From Octopus bimaculoides (Eukaryota), in assembly GCF_001194135.2 (NCBI RefSeq), contig NC_068988.1, positions 86,625,117 through 86,679,017 on the forward strand: a stretch of DNA of 53,901 nt, written 5' to 3'. Each line of letters opens with the position of its first letter. Positions within the stretch are counted from its first letter, which is position 1. This document shows positions 1 to 12,211 of the stretch, one piece after another. Below the pieces are notes generated by a model. It worked only from the letters and a program-made list of their open reading frames with translations, did not search any database and was not told where the DNA came from. Both the position numbers and the translations under genes were made by a program.

Positions 1-139
1 GTTTGTCTGTCTTTGTTTGTCCCCTCTGTGTGGAGCCCCTTGTGGGTAGTAAAGAAATAACACACAAAAGAAAGATAGATTGATAGATACAACTGAGTGG
101 GCAAACAAAAATATGAGACACTGCCTAGTGCGTTTATTT

Positions 140-455
140 ATTTTGATAAGCCTGGTACTTATTCTATCAGTTTTTTTTCTTGTCAAACCAGTAAGTTATG
201 GGGATGTAAATAAACGAACAGCCGTTGTGAAGCAGTGATGAGGGAGAAACAGAGAGACAAAGACACACACATACACTTACATATATATATACATATATAT
301 ACGATTGATTTCTTCCAGTTTCTGTCTACAAAATCCACTCACAAGGCTTTGGTTGGTCTGAGGCTATAGCAGAAGACACATGCCAAGTCACCACACAGTG
401 GTACTGAACCCAGGACCATATGTTTTGGAACCAAGTTTCTTACCACACACCCACA
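140..455 (-). mobile_element. tRNA-derived SINE (head H1 + microsatellite + tail Ta), degenerate
   Basis: Reverse complement of 300-455 matches the head of the 51094-51520 copy (accacatggttc..ttcagt..aagtgtcttctgctatagcc..aaagccttgtgagtggattt). 140-270 matches its tail. Confidence 0.8.
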
Positions 456-615
456 CCTACACCTATGTATATGTGTGTGCATGTGTGTGTGTATGGGTGT
501 ATATATATGTATGTATATATGTGTGTGTATATATATATGTGTACATATTACATGTACATCTATATATATATACATCTACATATATGTTTGTATGCATGCC
601 TGTATATATGTGAGA

Positions 616-660
616 TAATAGTTTCACTTTAATAGTTTCAGTATTAAAGTGAAACTATTA
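616..660. repeat. Perfect 19-bp inverted repeat with 7-nt loop
   Basis: taatagtttcactttaata (616-634) is the exact reverse complement of tattaaagtgaaactatta (642-660). Confidence 0.9.
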
Positions 661-840
661 AAGTGAAAATATCTGACATTACAATAGAGTGATGTTATTG
701 TTTCACTTTCGCCACATAATACTGAAATAGTGGAGGAGATATGATATTGCTCTGGGCTCGCACTACATGGACCTTCAGTAAGGCATGTATAAAATTTGAA
801 TGAAATTGGTTGTGTAGTTCTCGAGTTTTAGGGATTTACA

Positions 841-861
841 CAGACACACAGACATTCTCAT

Positions 862-899
<38 letters not shown>

Positions 900-1147
900 N
901 NNNNNNNNNNNNNNNNNNNNNNNNNNNNNNNNNNNNNNNNNNNNNNNNNNNNNNNNNNNNNNNNNNNNNNNNNNNNNNNNNNNNNNNNNNNNNNNNNNNN
1001 NNNNNNNNNNNNNNNNNNNNNNNNNNNNNNNNNNNNNNNNNNNNNNNNNNNNNNNNNNNNNNNNNNNNNNNNNNNNNNNNNNNNNNNNNNNNNNNNNNNN
1101 NNNNNNNNNNNNNNNNNNNNNNNNNNNNNNNNNNNNNNNNNNNNNNN

Positions 1148-1215
<68 letters not shown>

Positions 1216-1262
1216 ATGTATGTATGCATGTATGTATGTATCTATGTACATATGTATGTATA
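841..1262. repeat. (TA)n / gap / (GT)n microsatellites
   Basis: Direct reading; N-gap 900-1147. Confidence 0.95.
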
Positions 1263-1539
1263 TAGGCATCCACCGCGTTACGTTTACCTCAGGTTACATC
1301 ATTTCGATCTTACGAAAACTCGTATTACATAATTTTAAATTGTTAATTTAAAAATATCAGTTTCTTGTTAGCTCAATGTCCACTGCGTTTTAGTTAAGAC
1401 CAAAGTATATGGTTAAAGACCTGAGAAACTATGATGGTACACACATACCTTCACACCCATACACATATGTATATATAATGTATGTATATGTGTGTATGTA
1501 TGTGTATGTATGTATGTATGTATGTATGTGTGTGTGTGC

Positions 1540-1586
<47 letters not shown>

Positions 1587-2143
1587 GCTGTCATCAATAG
1601 GAACAAAACTACCAACAGTAACAGTAATATGTAATATGACCTTGAAAAGCAAATCCATTTCAATAAAAACAAATAATGTGGTATCCTAGTGTATTTTAAA
1701 AGTTGAGAGGATTGACTTGAGATTGAACACCTACAACAATGCAATTAGCGAAAACAACATAACCACCACACCACCAACAATACCCACCATCACAAACATC
1801 TAAACCAATGCAACCCACATCATCGCCTCTATCGACCCACCAACTTTTGAATCCAACTGGGTAAACAGATGTCAGCATGTACACCAACGCACGTATGTGT
1901 ATGAGTGAGTGAGTGAGTGTGTGTGTGTATGTGTGTGTGTGTGTGCGTGTGTGTGTGTGTGTGCGCGTGTGTGTGTGTGCGCGCGTGTGTGTGTGTGCAT
2001 GAGTGTTCGTGTTTGAGCGTGCGTGTGTGTGCGTGTGTGTGCGCGCCGTTATTTTTACTCGTACTCTTCTATCAGCTAATTGCAGCCATATTGTACTTTC
2101 TGTCCCTGACTCCTCTACTTTTTCATCTCATTTTCATTATTTC

Positions 2144-3764
2144 ATGAATAGGAAGAATAAGGCAGTTGTGCGAAAAGCAACCGTAAAGAGATTACACTGG
2201 ACATCAAACTTGATGTTTAAAAAACTCTTGATGCAGAAGTAAAACTTTGTTATATTGCCAAAACATTAAATCTTGCAACTTCTACAGTGAGAACAAAACG
2301 TAACAATGGGGCAAAAACTATTCTGTGCTCAAAAACTATTCTGTTAACTGTCCCGATCTTATTTTCCCACAGATCTGAAGTGATGCTTAAAATGGAACTT
2401 TTGAGTGCATGGGTCGAGATTCAGAATCGGTGTAGTGTGGCGATAAACACGATGGTATTTCCAAAAAAAGAGTCAAAAGTTTATACGACAATTTGCAGCA
2501 AAAGGGTGAAACTTCTCATGAAAAAGCTTGTTTTTTAGCCAGTAAAGGTTGGTTCGAAAGGCTTGAGAAGCACATTAAGTTGCACAACATAAAAATGACT
2601 GGTGAAACTGCGCTGATACAAAGGCTACTGCTAATTGTTCTGGGTAGTTGAAGAAAATGATTGCTGAAAGGGGACTACACACCAGAGCAGATGTACAATG
2701 TTGAATGAGACTGCACTTTTCTTGAGAAGAAAAATCAACACCAGGATTTAAAGCTTCTAAAAATCGTCTGGCACTTTGAGAAAGAAATGCCGCTGGTGAT
2801 TTGAAATTAAAACCCATACACGTGTAACACTCCGAAAATCTAAGGGCTTTCAAAAGTTACACAAAGTATAATCTACCTCTGATTTGGCGTTCAAATAAGA
2901 AGGCATGGACGACTAAGGCTCTTTTCAAAGAGTGGTTTACAAACGTTTTTCTTTTTTTTTTTTTTTTTTTTTTTGCAGGAGAAAGGTACAGTGTTAGACA
3001 TAATATTTCCAAAAAAGCATTGCTTCTTTTAGACAATGCAGCGGCCCACCTAGAGAACTTAGATGAACTTAGATGACCTTCACCAAGGATACAACTTCTT
3101 TGTTCTAGTCAATGGATTAAGTTGTGATGGCTGACTTCAAGGTATATCATATGAATAGAACTTCCAAACATCATGAAAGTAATTGACAAGGAGGATAAAC
3201 GTAGTCAGAGGTTTCTGGAATAGATTCAGCATAATTGATACTGTGGATAATATAGCTGAGTCATGGGATGAAGTGAGACCTTCAATTTTGAATAGTGCTT
3301 GAAAAAGTATATGGCCAGACTGTATCCGTGGTATTGCAAGTTTTCCGGAAGCAGAAAATTTACTTCAAATTTGGAAAGGCATTGTGACACTTACAAAGGG
3401 TGTAGGATTTGAAGAAGTTATAGAGAATGAGGTGAGTGAGTTGCTAGTGTCCTAGAGAGAAAGTTTATCTAACGTGGAGCTGATGCTGTGAGAAAAAGAA
3501 CAGGTTGAGGATACAGATAAGACAACGGAAGTTCCACATACACCACTTAAATTGACTTAAAAAACTATTGTTAAAGGGTTGGCACTTACAGAAGAAGGTC
3601 TGCAGGTTTTTGTTGATAATGACTCTAATCATGACCGCAACATAAAAATTGCAAAAGAAGTTTACAATGAGCTCAGTTCCGATACTGAGCTGTACAAAGA
3701 GATCATGCGTTATAATCAACAACTTTTGCATAAGATTTTCAACTCTCAAGATATAAGAGAGTAA
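2144..3764 (+). pseudogene. Tigger/pogo-family transposase remnant (CENP-B-type HTH + DDE_1), many stops and frameshifts
   Basis: Mixed-frame translation gives ITLDIKLDV..IAKTLNLATSTVRT, ELLSAWVEIQN, ASKGWFE..KLHNIKMTGE, PGFKASKNRL, KALLLLDNAAAH, TTSL..MD, IAESWDEV, VGFEEV..EVSELL and LQVFVDNDSNHDR. These are collinear with Tigger transposases as I recall them. TIRs not found. Confidence 0.88.
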
Positions 3765-3910
3765 ATATCATCCCTCAACCTCCTAGTAATAATGCTAATT
3801 CCACCACCACACCTCACATACTTGTCTACATCTTTTGTGCTAAGAACGTACTCTTACGATATTATGATTCTTATTAACTCCTCTTAGAATATTCTTGTGT
3901 CTTATGTATC

Positions 3911-4501
3911 TACGGGGTGGTATCAAAACGTTTCCGGACTAGTTCTGTAGCGCGCCAACAGATGACAGCACACTGTTGCATGCACATTGAAAAGCAGCAG
4001 TGACCTTTAAGAGGCAGTTGGCCGAGTGTCATCGTTGTGTTCACTTTGCAAGTTGTTAGATTTGTGTTGTGAAATTTGTGTTTTTGTGACCAAGTGTATA
4101 CTGTGGTCTGCGATTTTGTCATGGACAAGAACAAAAAGCTAACGTGAAATTATGCGTTAAACTTTGGAAGTCTGCTACAGAGACATTGAGCACGCTTCGG
4201 CAAGTTTACGGCGACGAGGCAATGGGTCGTATGCAATGTTTCGAAAAAGTTCGAAAGCGGGAGAACGTTCCTGGAAGACGGTGAGCGATCTGGAAAACCT
4301 GTCACAACCGTTACTCCCGAAAATCTGTTGTGCATCGAGAATTTGTCCCCCCCACCCCACCAGGGCCAGGCCGTCAATTCTGTGTTCTACTGCGACGTTT
4401 TGAAGCGTTTGAAGGAGGACATTCGGCGAAAGCGATTGGATCTTTGGAGCGCAAAGAATTAGATTCTTCACAACAACAATGCACCCTGTCACCGAGCTCT
4501 C
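3911..4501 (+). mobile_element. mariner element, internally deleted, truncated by gap
   Basis: TA (3911-3912) followed by mariner-type TIR cggggtggtatcaaaacgtttccggact. From ATG 4121: KLCVKLWKSATETLSTLRQVYGDEAMGR..LEDGERSGKP, then VHREFVP..VNSVFYCDVLKRLKEDIRRKRLDLW..LHNNNAPCHRAL (HHDNAP motif). Confidence 0.88.
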
Positions 4502-5288
4502 NNNNNNNNNNNNNNNNNNNNNNNNNNNNNNNNNNNNNNNNNNNNNNNNNNNNNNNNNNNNNNNNNNNNNNNNNNNNNNNNNNNNNNNNNNNNNNNNNNN
4601 NNNNNNNNNNNNNNNNNNNNNNNNNNNNNNNNNNNNNNNNNNNNNNNNNNNNNNNNNNNNNNNNNNNNNNNNNNNNNNNNNNNNNNNNNNNNNNNNNNNN
4701 NNNNNNNNNNNNNNNNNNNNNNNNNNNNNNNNNNNNNNNNNNNNNNNNNNNNNNNNNNNNNNNNNNNNNNNNNNNNNNNNNNNNNNNNNNNNNNNNNNNN
4801 NNNNNNNNNNNNNNNNNNNNNNNNNNNNNNNNNNNNNNNNNNNNNNNNNNNNNNNNNNNNNNNNNNNNNNNNNNNNNNNNNNNNNNNNNNNNNNNNNNNN
4901 NNNNNNNNNNNNNNNNNNNNNNNNNNNNNNNNNNNNNNNNNNNNNNNNNNNNNNNNNNNNNNNNNNNNNNNNNNNNNNNNNNNNNNNNNNNNNNNNNNNN
5001 NNNNNNNNNNNNNNNNNNNNNNNNNNNNNNNNNNNNNNNNNNNNNNNNNNNNNNNNNNNNNNNNNNNNNNNNNNNNNNNNNNNNNNNNNNNNNNNNNNNN
5101 NNNNNNNNNNNNNNNNNNNNNNNNNNNNNNNNNNNNNNNNNNNNNNNNNNNNNNNNNNNNNNNNNNNNNNNNNNNNNNNNNNNNNNNNNNNNNNNNNNNN
5201 NNNNNNNNNNNNNNNNNNNNNNNNNNNNNNNNNNNNNNNNNNNNNNNNNNNNNNNNNNNNNNNNNNNNNNNNNNNNNNNNNNNNNNNN

Positions 5289-5350
<62 letters not shown>

Positions 5351-6600
5351 TAAAATAGGCACATGCGAACTTGAATTATAGGAGTTACAAATCAGAGAGC
5401 TCTATGCTGATCAACAGCAGTTTAAAGGTGAGAGAGAAAAAAGAGAGGAGAAAGAAAAGATTTACTGAAGTGTTAGAATGAGTGAACGGAAAATCAAAGA
5501 GAGGAGTAAAGAGTTACAGTAAGAGTGTGTAACGGGCAGAAGGTAGCTTGAGAGAAAGGATATGAAAGTTAGAGAGAGGGGGAACAGAAATAGCAGACGG
5601 TAGTTTGATAGTGATAGAATTAGAAAAGAAATAGAAGATATTTTGTAGGAGATATATAGTTAATGAGAGACCTTGATGGTTGATGGTATTTTAAGTGATA
5701 TATTACAAAAAGTGAGATAGTATGATAGTAACAGGGATAGATAGGTAGAGAGAGAGAGAGAGAGAGAGAAAGTGAGATAGTGAAATAGTAAAGCTTGTAG
5801 ACGATAGTTTATGAGAGAGAGGTGAAGTGAGAGAATAAAGCCAATGAGTGATAGGGGGGATTAGAGAGTAAGGCTAGCAGACGATAGTTTAGGGAAGGGA
5901 GAGAGAGTGAGAGTGAGAGTGAGGGAGAGAGAGAGAGAGAGAGAATGAGAGAAAGTGAGAGTAAAGCTTGTAGATGACTGTTTGAGAGATTAAGGGATAC
6001 AAAGGAGGAAAGTGAGAGACTAAAGCTTGTAAACGATAATTTGAGAGAGTAAAGCTTGTTGGCGATAGTTTGAGTGAGAGAGAGAAAATGAGCGAGAGAT
6101 GGAACTAGAAAGTAAGAGAGAAATGGGGGCGCTTGAATGTCTAAATGTCATATAAAATGATGATATAGATAGAATAAGAAAAGGAAAAGAGAAAAGCAAA
6201 AAAAAGTAAGAGAGAGACAGGGAGAGGAAAGGGTCGTGAATAACATAGTGAGAGGAAGGCCAAATGTGTATGAGAGAGAGAGAGGGATGAGAGAAAAATA
6301 AAAGAGAGGAACGGTTAGAGCGATAGTGGGAGGCAAAAGGATAGGCAGTGATATGATGAGAGAGAGAGAGAATGTTAGAGAGAGTAGAAGGTGGAGTAAA
6401 AGATATAAAAAGGAAAAAGAGAGAGTAAGTGTGAGGAGGACAGATAGAGTAAGAAAAGACGCGGGTAGGAGGGGGGAGAGAATGTAAAAGAGAATAAAAT
6501 AATGCCAATTGAGCGAATAAGCTGACAATGAGAAAAGAGAGAGAGAGAGGGGGAGGAAGAAATGAAAGAAAGAAAGAGAAAGAGAAAGAAAGTGAAAGAG
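5289..6600 (+). repeat. 1.3-kb purine-rich (GA) low-complexity tract with interspersed 24-bp motif
   Basis: Almost C-free plus strand. agtaaagcttgtagacgatagttt-like copies at 5787, 5867, 5960, 6019 and 6048. Confidence 0.85.
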
Positions 6601-6894
6601 TGTATTTCTGCGTATTTTGTACGAATAATGGGTAAAACTTCAATTTAATGTTTGTCAGTCTGTATCTTTCTAGCAAGTTTGTCTACTACATGTTTATCTG
6701 TTTACGTCTGTTTATTAAAATATCTCTTAACCTACCTATCAGTTTATTTGTCTGGCAATCTACCTACACACATACACACACACGTGTGTGTGTGTGTGTG
6801 TGTTGCGTATGTGTGTGTATTTATCTACTTATTTACATATTTTAATATCTTTTTTTGTTATCACTCGGGTTATAGAAACCTTTACAATCATTCA

Positions 6895-6921
6895 TATCTA
6901 TCTATCTACCTATCTATCTAC

Positions 6922-6973
<52 letters not shown>

Positions 6974-7176
6974 CTGTCTGTCTGTCTGTCTATCTTCCTG
7001 TCAACCTTATTTATCTATTCCTGTACCTAGTTATCTGTCTTTCTAACTGTCTAAACAATCTGTCAGTCAATCTATATTTATCTCCTGTCTGTCTAGCTAT
7101 ACACATCTACATATCTCTTAGTTTCTTTCTACCTACCTACCTATCTACCTATCTATCTATCTATCTATCTACCTAC

Positions 7177-7209
<33 letters not shown>

Positions 7210-7242
7210 CATCTATCTATCCATCTATCTATCTATCTATCT
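6895..7242. repeat. (TATC)n/(TGTC)n tetranucleotide arrays
   Basis: Direct reading. Confidence 0.95.
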
Positions 7243-7333
7243 GTCATTATCCTTAAGCCACACCTACCTCTTCTCCCACCTTCGTTTCTTTCTCTACAGG
7301 TTGGTTCTGACAATTGACTCTCAGTTGCATGTC

Positions 7334-7367
<34 letters not shown>

Positions 7368-7754
7368 CACGAAAATTTGTTGTAGTTTTGTCTTTATTCC
7401 TTTGTTCACCGTACTTCGCTAAACTAAGTATACACACCTAAGTTTTAAGAAATAAATTTATCTTATACGCACACACACACACACACACACACATACACAC
7501 GTGTGTGTGTGCGCGCGTGTGTACTAGCGCCGAGAATATTACACGAACGAGTCCAAAGACGCAGTATTCGGTGGCACGTATTTGCTAATATTTAAGACCT
7601 CTGTTCGTTGTCTTTGTTTTTAACCTTACCTCTATTTATCTCACGACCTACCTACCTACCTACCTACCTACCTCCCTACTTCATACATATCTTGTGTGCG
7701 TATGTGTACATATATATATATATATGTACACACACACACACATATATATATGTC

Positions 7755-7823
<69 letters not shown>

Positions 7824-8479
7824 ATTTTCTTTGTAGCTGTCTTCTTCTTCCTCCCGCTCTTTATCTGTCTGTCATCAATTTAAATTGGGCGGAGCTTATA
7901 AGTCACACTCCACCTTCCACTCCACGTGCGTTTCACTCACAAACATCCTTTTCTTTCTTTTTCTTTTCATTTCTCGTCGTATACCTTCACTCACTCTTGA
8001 GCAGTCTGACTGACTGACCTGTCAGACGTTTGAGTTGAGTTAAGTTTATGGCTGTCCAGCCGTGACCATCTGGTCGTTTATACAAAACGTACTACAAGAT
8101 TCAAATATATCTTTTTTTTTTGAAAGTAGTAAAGTAATAAGGTAGTGTGTGATTTGGTGAAGTAGTTTTTTTTTTAACCCTGGGTCAATCTTAAATGAGC
8201 AGTTCATTATAATAAAAGGCATTCGTATCGTAAAATATCCCTTTTTATGGCGTTATGCAAGGACTATATTTGCTAATATGTTCTTCCCTTACTTAAGACA
8301 TTAGGATTTCATTTATGTGAGATTTAGCTGATATTTCTAGTAAATCCAGCACCGCGAACTGGCTTCCCTTATTGCCTCGTGGTGTAGCGAAGTGTCATAT
8401 AGTGTTGTGAAATATTCACTTCACCTCACCTCTCTCAATGTCAATCAGTTGAGTGAGTGGTGAGTGAGTGAAGAAGTAG

Positions 8480-8730
8480 CAGGAGACACTATAACTATTA
8501 CCACCACCATCTCTACTTATGGCCGTTACCTCAAACACCGCTACTACTACTACCACCACCATCATTACCATTATCATTGGCATTGCGGCTATCATTACTA
8601 CCTCCTCCACCACCACCACCAACAACAACACCACCGTTACCACGCCACTACCAGCATCACCACCACCTCTAACACCATTATCTCTGTTACTACTACTACT
8701 ACTACTACTACTACCAACAACAACTTTCCA
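8480..8730. repeat. Mixed trinucleotide (ACC/ACT/AAC) low-complexity tract
   Basis: Direct reading; explains ORFs 8416-8643, 8464-8775 and 8519-8755. Confidence 0.85.
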
Positions 8731-8843
8731 AACAACGACAGACTTGACATATTAATGATAATAAGAAGCAAATAGAAAGAAAGCATACATTTATACACAC
8801 ACATACACACGCACACACACTTATATATATCTATCTATCTATC

Positions 8844-8909
<66 letters not shown>

Positions 8910-8950
8910 TACTGAAAGAGAGAGAAGAAAAACACCGATACATACAGGAT

Positions 8951-9003
<53 letters not shown>

Positions 9004-9314
9004 AGAAAAACACCGATACATACAGGATACACACACACACACACATACATATATATATATGTGTGTGTGTGTGTATCTATATGTATATACATACACTCAC
9101 ACACATAGAGTGAGAGGAAGACGGGAAACCCAAACTACTAAACAACAAGGCAAACATCACCACGAGTGGCCCAGTGATATATCATGCTTATTTGAACTCG
9201 GAACAGTCAGCCAAGCCAGTTTGGCAGTTTATGCTCGCTCACCGTGGCGTTGTTTCATTCTTCTGTCAATCTCTCACTCATTCTCCTCTCACTCACTCAC
9301 TCACCCCCCCGCTA

Positions 9315-9320
9315 TCAGTT
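9315..9320 (+). promoter_or_regulatory. Possible initiator element (TCAGTT) about 100 bp upstream of ATG 9418
   Basis: Matches the protostome Inr consensus TCAKTY, but the hexamer also occurs at 7321 and 8445, so support is weak. Confidence 0.2.
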
Positions 9321-9417
9321 TGACTATCTTTCTCTCTCTCTTTCTTCTCCCCCCCCTCCCTTCCCATCAATTCGACATCGTTCTTTTGACAACTGTTCCT
9401 CTTGCCACAATAACAAA

Positions 9418-9469
9418 ATGGATAAGGACGAGCAAAGCGCTATTTTAGCTTTGCTATCACTTCAATACC
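9418..9469 (+). CDS. Probable first coding segment of a transcription regulator (MDKDEQSAILALLSLQY...), continues into gap 9470-10198
   Basis: ATG in A-rich context (aacaaaATG) after a pyrimidine-rich leader. The non-repetitive peptide has an acidic patch and an amphipathic A-I-x-A-L-L-S-L helix. Only 17 codons are visible. Confidence 0.55.
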
Positions 9470-10987
9470 NNNNNNNNNNNNNNNNNNNNNNNNNNNNNNN
9501 NNNNNNNNNNNNNNNNNNNNNNNNNNNNNNNNNNNNNNNNNNNNNNNNNNNNNNNNNNNNNNNNNNNNNNNNNNNNNNNNNNNNNNNNNNNNNNNNNNNN
9601 NNNNNNNNNNNNNNNNNNNNNNNNNNNNNNNNNNNNNNNNNNNNNNNNNNNNNNNNNNNNNNNNNNNNNNNNNNNNNNNNNNNNNNNNNNNNNNNNNNNN
9701 NNNNNNNNNNNNNNNNNNNNNNNNNNNNNNNNNNNNNNNNNNNNNNNNNNNNNNNNNNNNNNNNNNNNNNNNNNNNNNNNNNNNNNNNNNNNNNNNNNNN
9801 NNNNNNNNNNNNNNNNNNNNNNNNNNNNNNNNNNNNNNNNNNNNNNNNNNNNNNNNNNNNNNNNNNNNNNNNNNNNNNNNNNNNNNNNNNNNNNNNNNNN
9901 NNNNNNNNNNNNNNNNNNNNNNNNNNNNNNNNNNNNNNNNNNNNNNNNNNNNNNNNNNNNNNNNNNNNNNNNNNNNNNNNNNNNNNNNNNNNNNNNNNNN
10001 NNNNNNNNNNNNNNNNNNNNNNNNNNNNNNNNNNNNNNNNNNNNNNNNNNNNNNNNNNNNNNNNNNNNNNNNNNNNNNNNNNNNNNNNNNNNNNNNNNNN
10101 NNNNNNNNNNNNNNNNNNNNNNNNNNNNNNNNNNNNNNNNNNNNNNNNNNNNNNNNNNNNNNNNNNNNNNNNNNNNNNNNNNNNNNNNNNNNNNNNNAAG
10201 TACTACACACGTATATATATATATCCACATGCGTATATAGTTTCATACGCACGTGTGTACTTGATATATGCATTAATGTTAACAATGTGTATGAACATTT
10301 CTAATTGACAAGGAAAGCCTTTGTTTCTTTTTTTCCGTCTGTGCCACTTCGATTTGAACACCCGCATGCGTTTATTCATGCATATGTGTGATCTAGCTAT
10401 CTATCTATCTATCTACCTCTATCCCCCCCTCTCTCTCTCTCTCTCTCTCTCNNNNNNNNNNNNNNNNNNNNNNNNNNNNNNNNNNNNNNNNNNNNNNNNN
10501 NNNNNNNNNNNNNNNNNNNNNNNNNNNNNNNNNNNNNNNNNNNNNNNNNNNNNNNNNNNNNNNNNNNNNNNNNNNNNNNNNNNNNNNNNNNNNNNNNNNN
10601 NNNNNNNNNNNNNNNNNNNNNNNNNNNNNNNNNNNNNNNNNNNNNNNNNNNNNNNNNNNNNNNNNNNNNNNNNNNNNNNNNNNNNNNNNNNNNNNNNNNN
10701 NNNNNNNNNNNNNNNNNNNNNNNNNNNNNNNNNNNNNNNNNNNNNNATATATATATATATATATATAATGCTGTATGGAGTGGTGTATATACATTTGTTT
10801 TTATGTTAGAGCTGGTGAAGAAAAGAGTAAAGCAAATGAACGTGTGTGAAATGTCTACACTGCAAGCACGTGGTTTAGCTCTAGGCAGATTGCAACATGT
10901 GTATGGACAGTTTTGGTTTCGTGATGGTAATTGTCATAGCTAAGGCTTTCTACTTGGCACTTAGATGTACACAAACACCGCTATATG

Positions 10988-11091
<104 letters not shown>

Positions 11092-12154
11092 CGCACACAT
11101 GTATAACACATGCTGGTATTTCTGTTATATTTTTTCGTTATCATTTGAAATTTTACATCCGTCTTTTGTTCTTCAACTGTAAAGCTCTGGCGAGTGTATA
11201 ACGTGCTTGTTGTTTTAATATGAATATTCAGTGTTTTATAATATGTATATAGATAGATATAAAATCTGAATTAATGTCTTGTTTATTGGTAAGAGCTTTT
11301 TCGTGTCGATGCTGTAAGTGCGTGTGTGTATGTGCTTATATAAACACACGCATGTGTGTTTATGTATGTATGTATGTATGTGTGTTGTGTATGTATGAAT
11401 AGGTATATGTGAATAACAGCAAGTTCTAATTTTGTGTCTTTGTTTATCTCAGGGCCTGTATATAATGCATGTGTGTATACATGCTTCTTGAGTTCGAATT
11501 TTGACATTTTGTTGATAGATTTAAAGACATTCTCTTCATACACAAACACACATACATGTAGCTCTTTCTACTTACACATACACACACGCACTAAGGTTAT
11601 ATAAACGTGTACGCACATACATGACCTTGTGTCATGTATAGACTTACACGTGTATCTGCTGATAGGGGGGGGGCGAACAATAGTGTATGATAGGATATTA
11701 TTTAACAGGTATTTCTTTGTCTTAATGTTGTTTATCATATATACGTTTGCTTATATACACACACACACATGTATAGATATGTAGAGAACGTTTAACAATG
11801 AAAACCTCATCCGGGATATATACTATGTATATATATCGATAATAAACTGAAGACCACATGGATATATATATATATATACACAGTATGTTTTAATGGACCT
11901 CGCTTGTTAATAATAACACGTCTTGACTTTAGCTTGTGTGTGTGTGTATGTATGCGTATATATAGATATAGATATATTCGTGTGTGATTAGTCAGTTAAA
12001 CAATGACACATTATTTGTTGCTCATGCTGATGGTTTGTCCTTGGGTAAACCCCCCCCCTTTTTTTTCTTTCTTTCTTTCTGTTTTTCACAGCTGTCATTC
12101 TTGGGTGCCTCCTCCCCCCTCTCTTTCTCGGTTTCTAATACAGCTGTTGTCATT

Positions 12155-12211
12155 GGGTAACCTGTAGTGCACCAGCTTGGGCAACCTGTAGTGCACCAGC
12201 TTGGGCAACCT
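12155..12211 (+). repeat. 24-bp tandem repeat (2.4 copies)
   Basis: ggg(t/c)aacctgtagtgcaccagctt at 12155 and 12179, partial third copy at 12203. Confidence 0.9.

Noticed and set aside
339-2242. Many ORFs of YIYI, HTHT and CVCV type
   Set aside because: They are translations of (TA)n, (CA)n and (GT)n microsatellites; the same applies across the window.
4175-5381. Long ORFs spanning N-runs (also 9440-10285, 34215-35424, 45433-46130, 47810-48488, 52230-53294)
   Set aside because: Their length comes from X codons in assembly gaps.
6020-7317. 218-aa and 221-aa ORFs
   Set aside because: Translations of the (CT)-rich strand and (TATC)n arrays; no domain-like sequence.
7270-7335. Strong-looking acceptor tttctttctctacag at 7299
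   Set aside because: No donor follows, it leads into microsatellites, and pyrimidine tracts are ubiquitous here.
8464-8775. Poly-His/Thr ORFs
   Set aside because: Trinucleotide low complexity open in several frames, without splice signals or unique peptide, unlike the exon at 33937.
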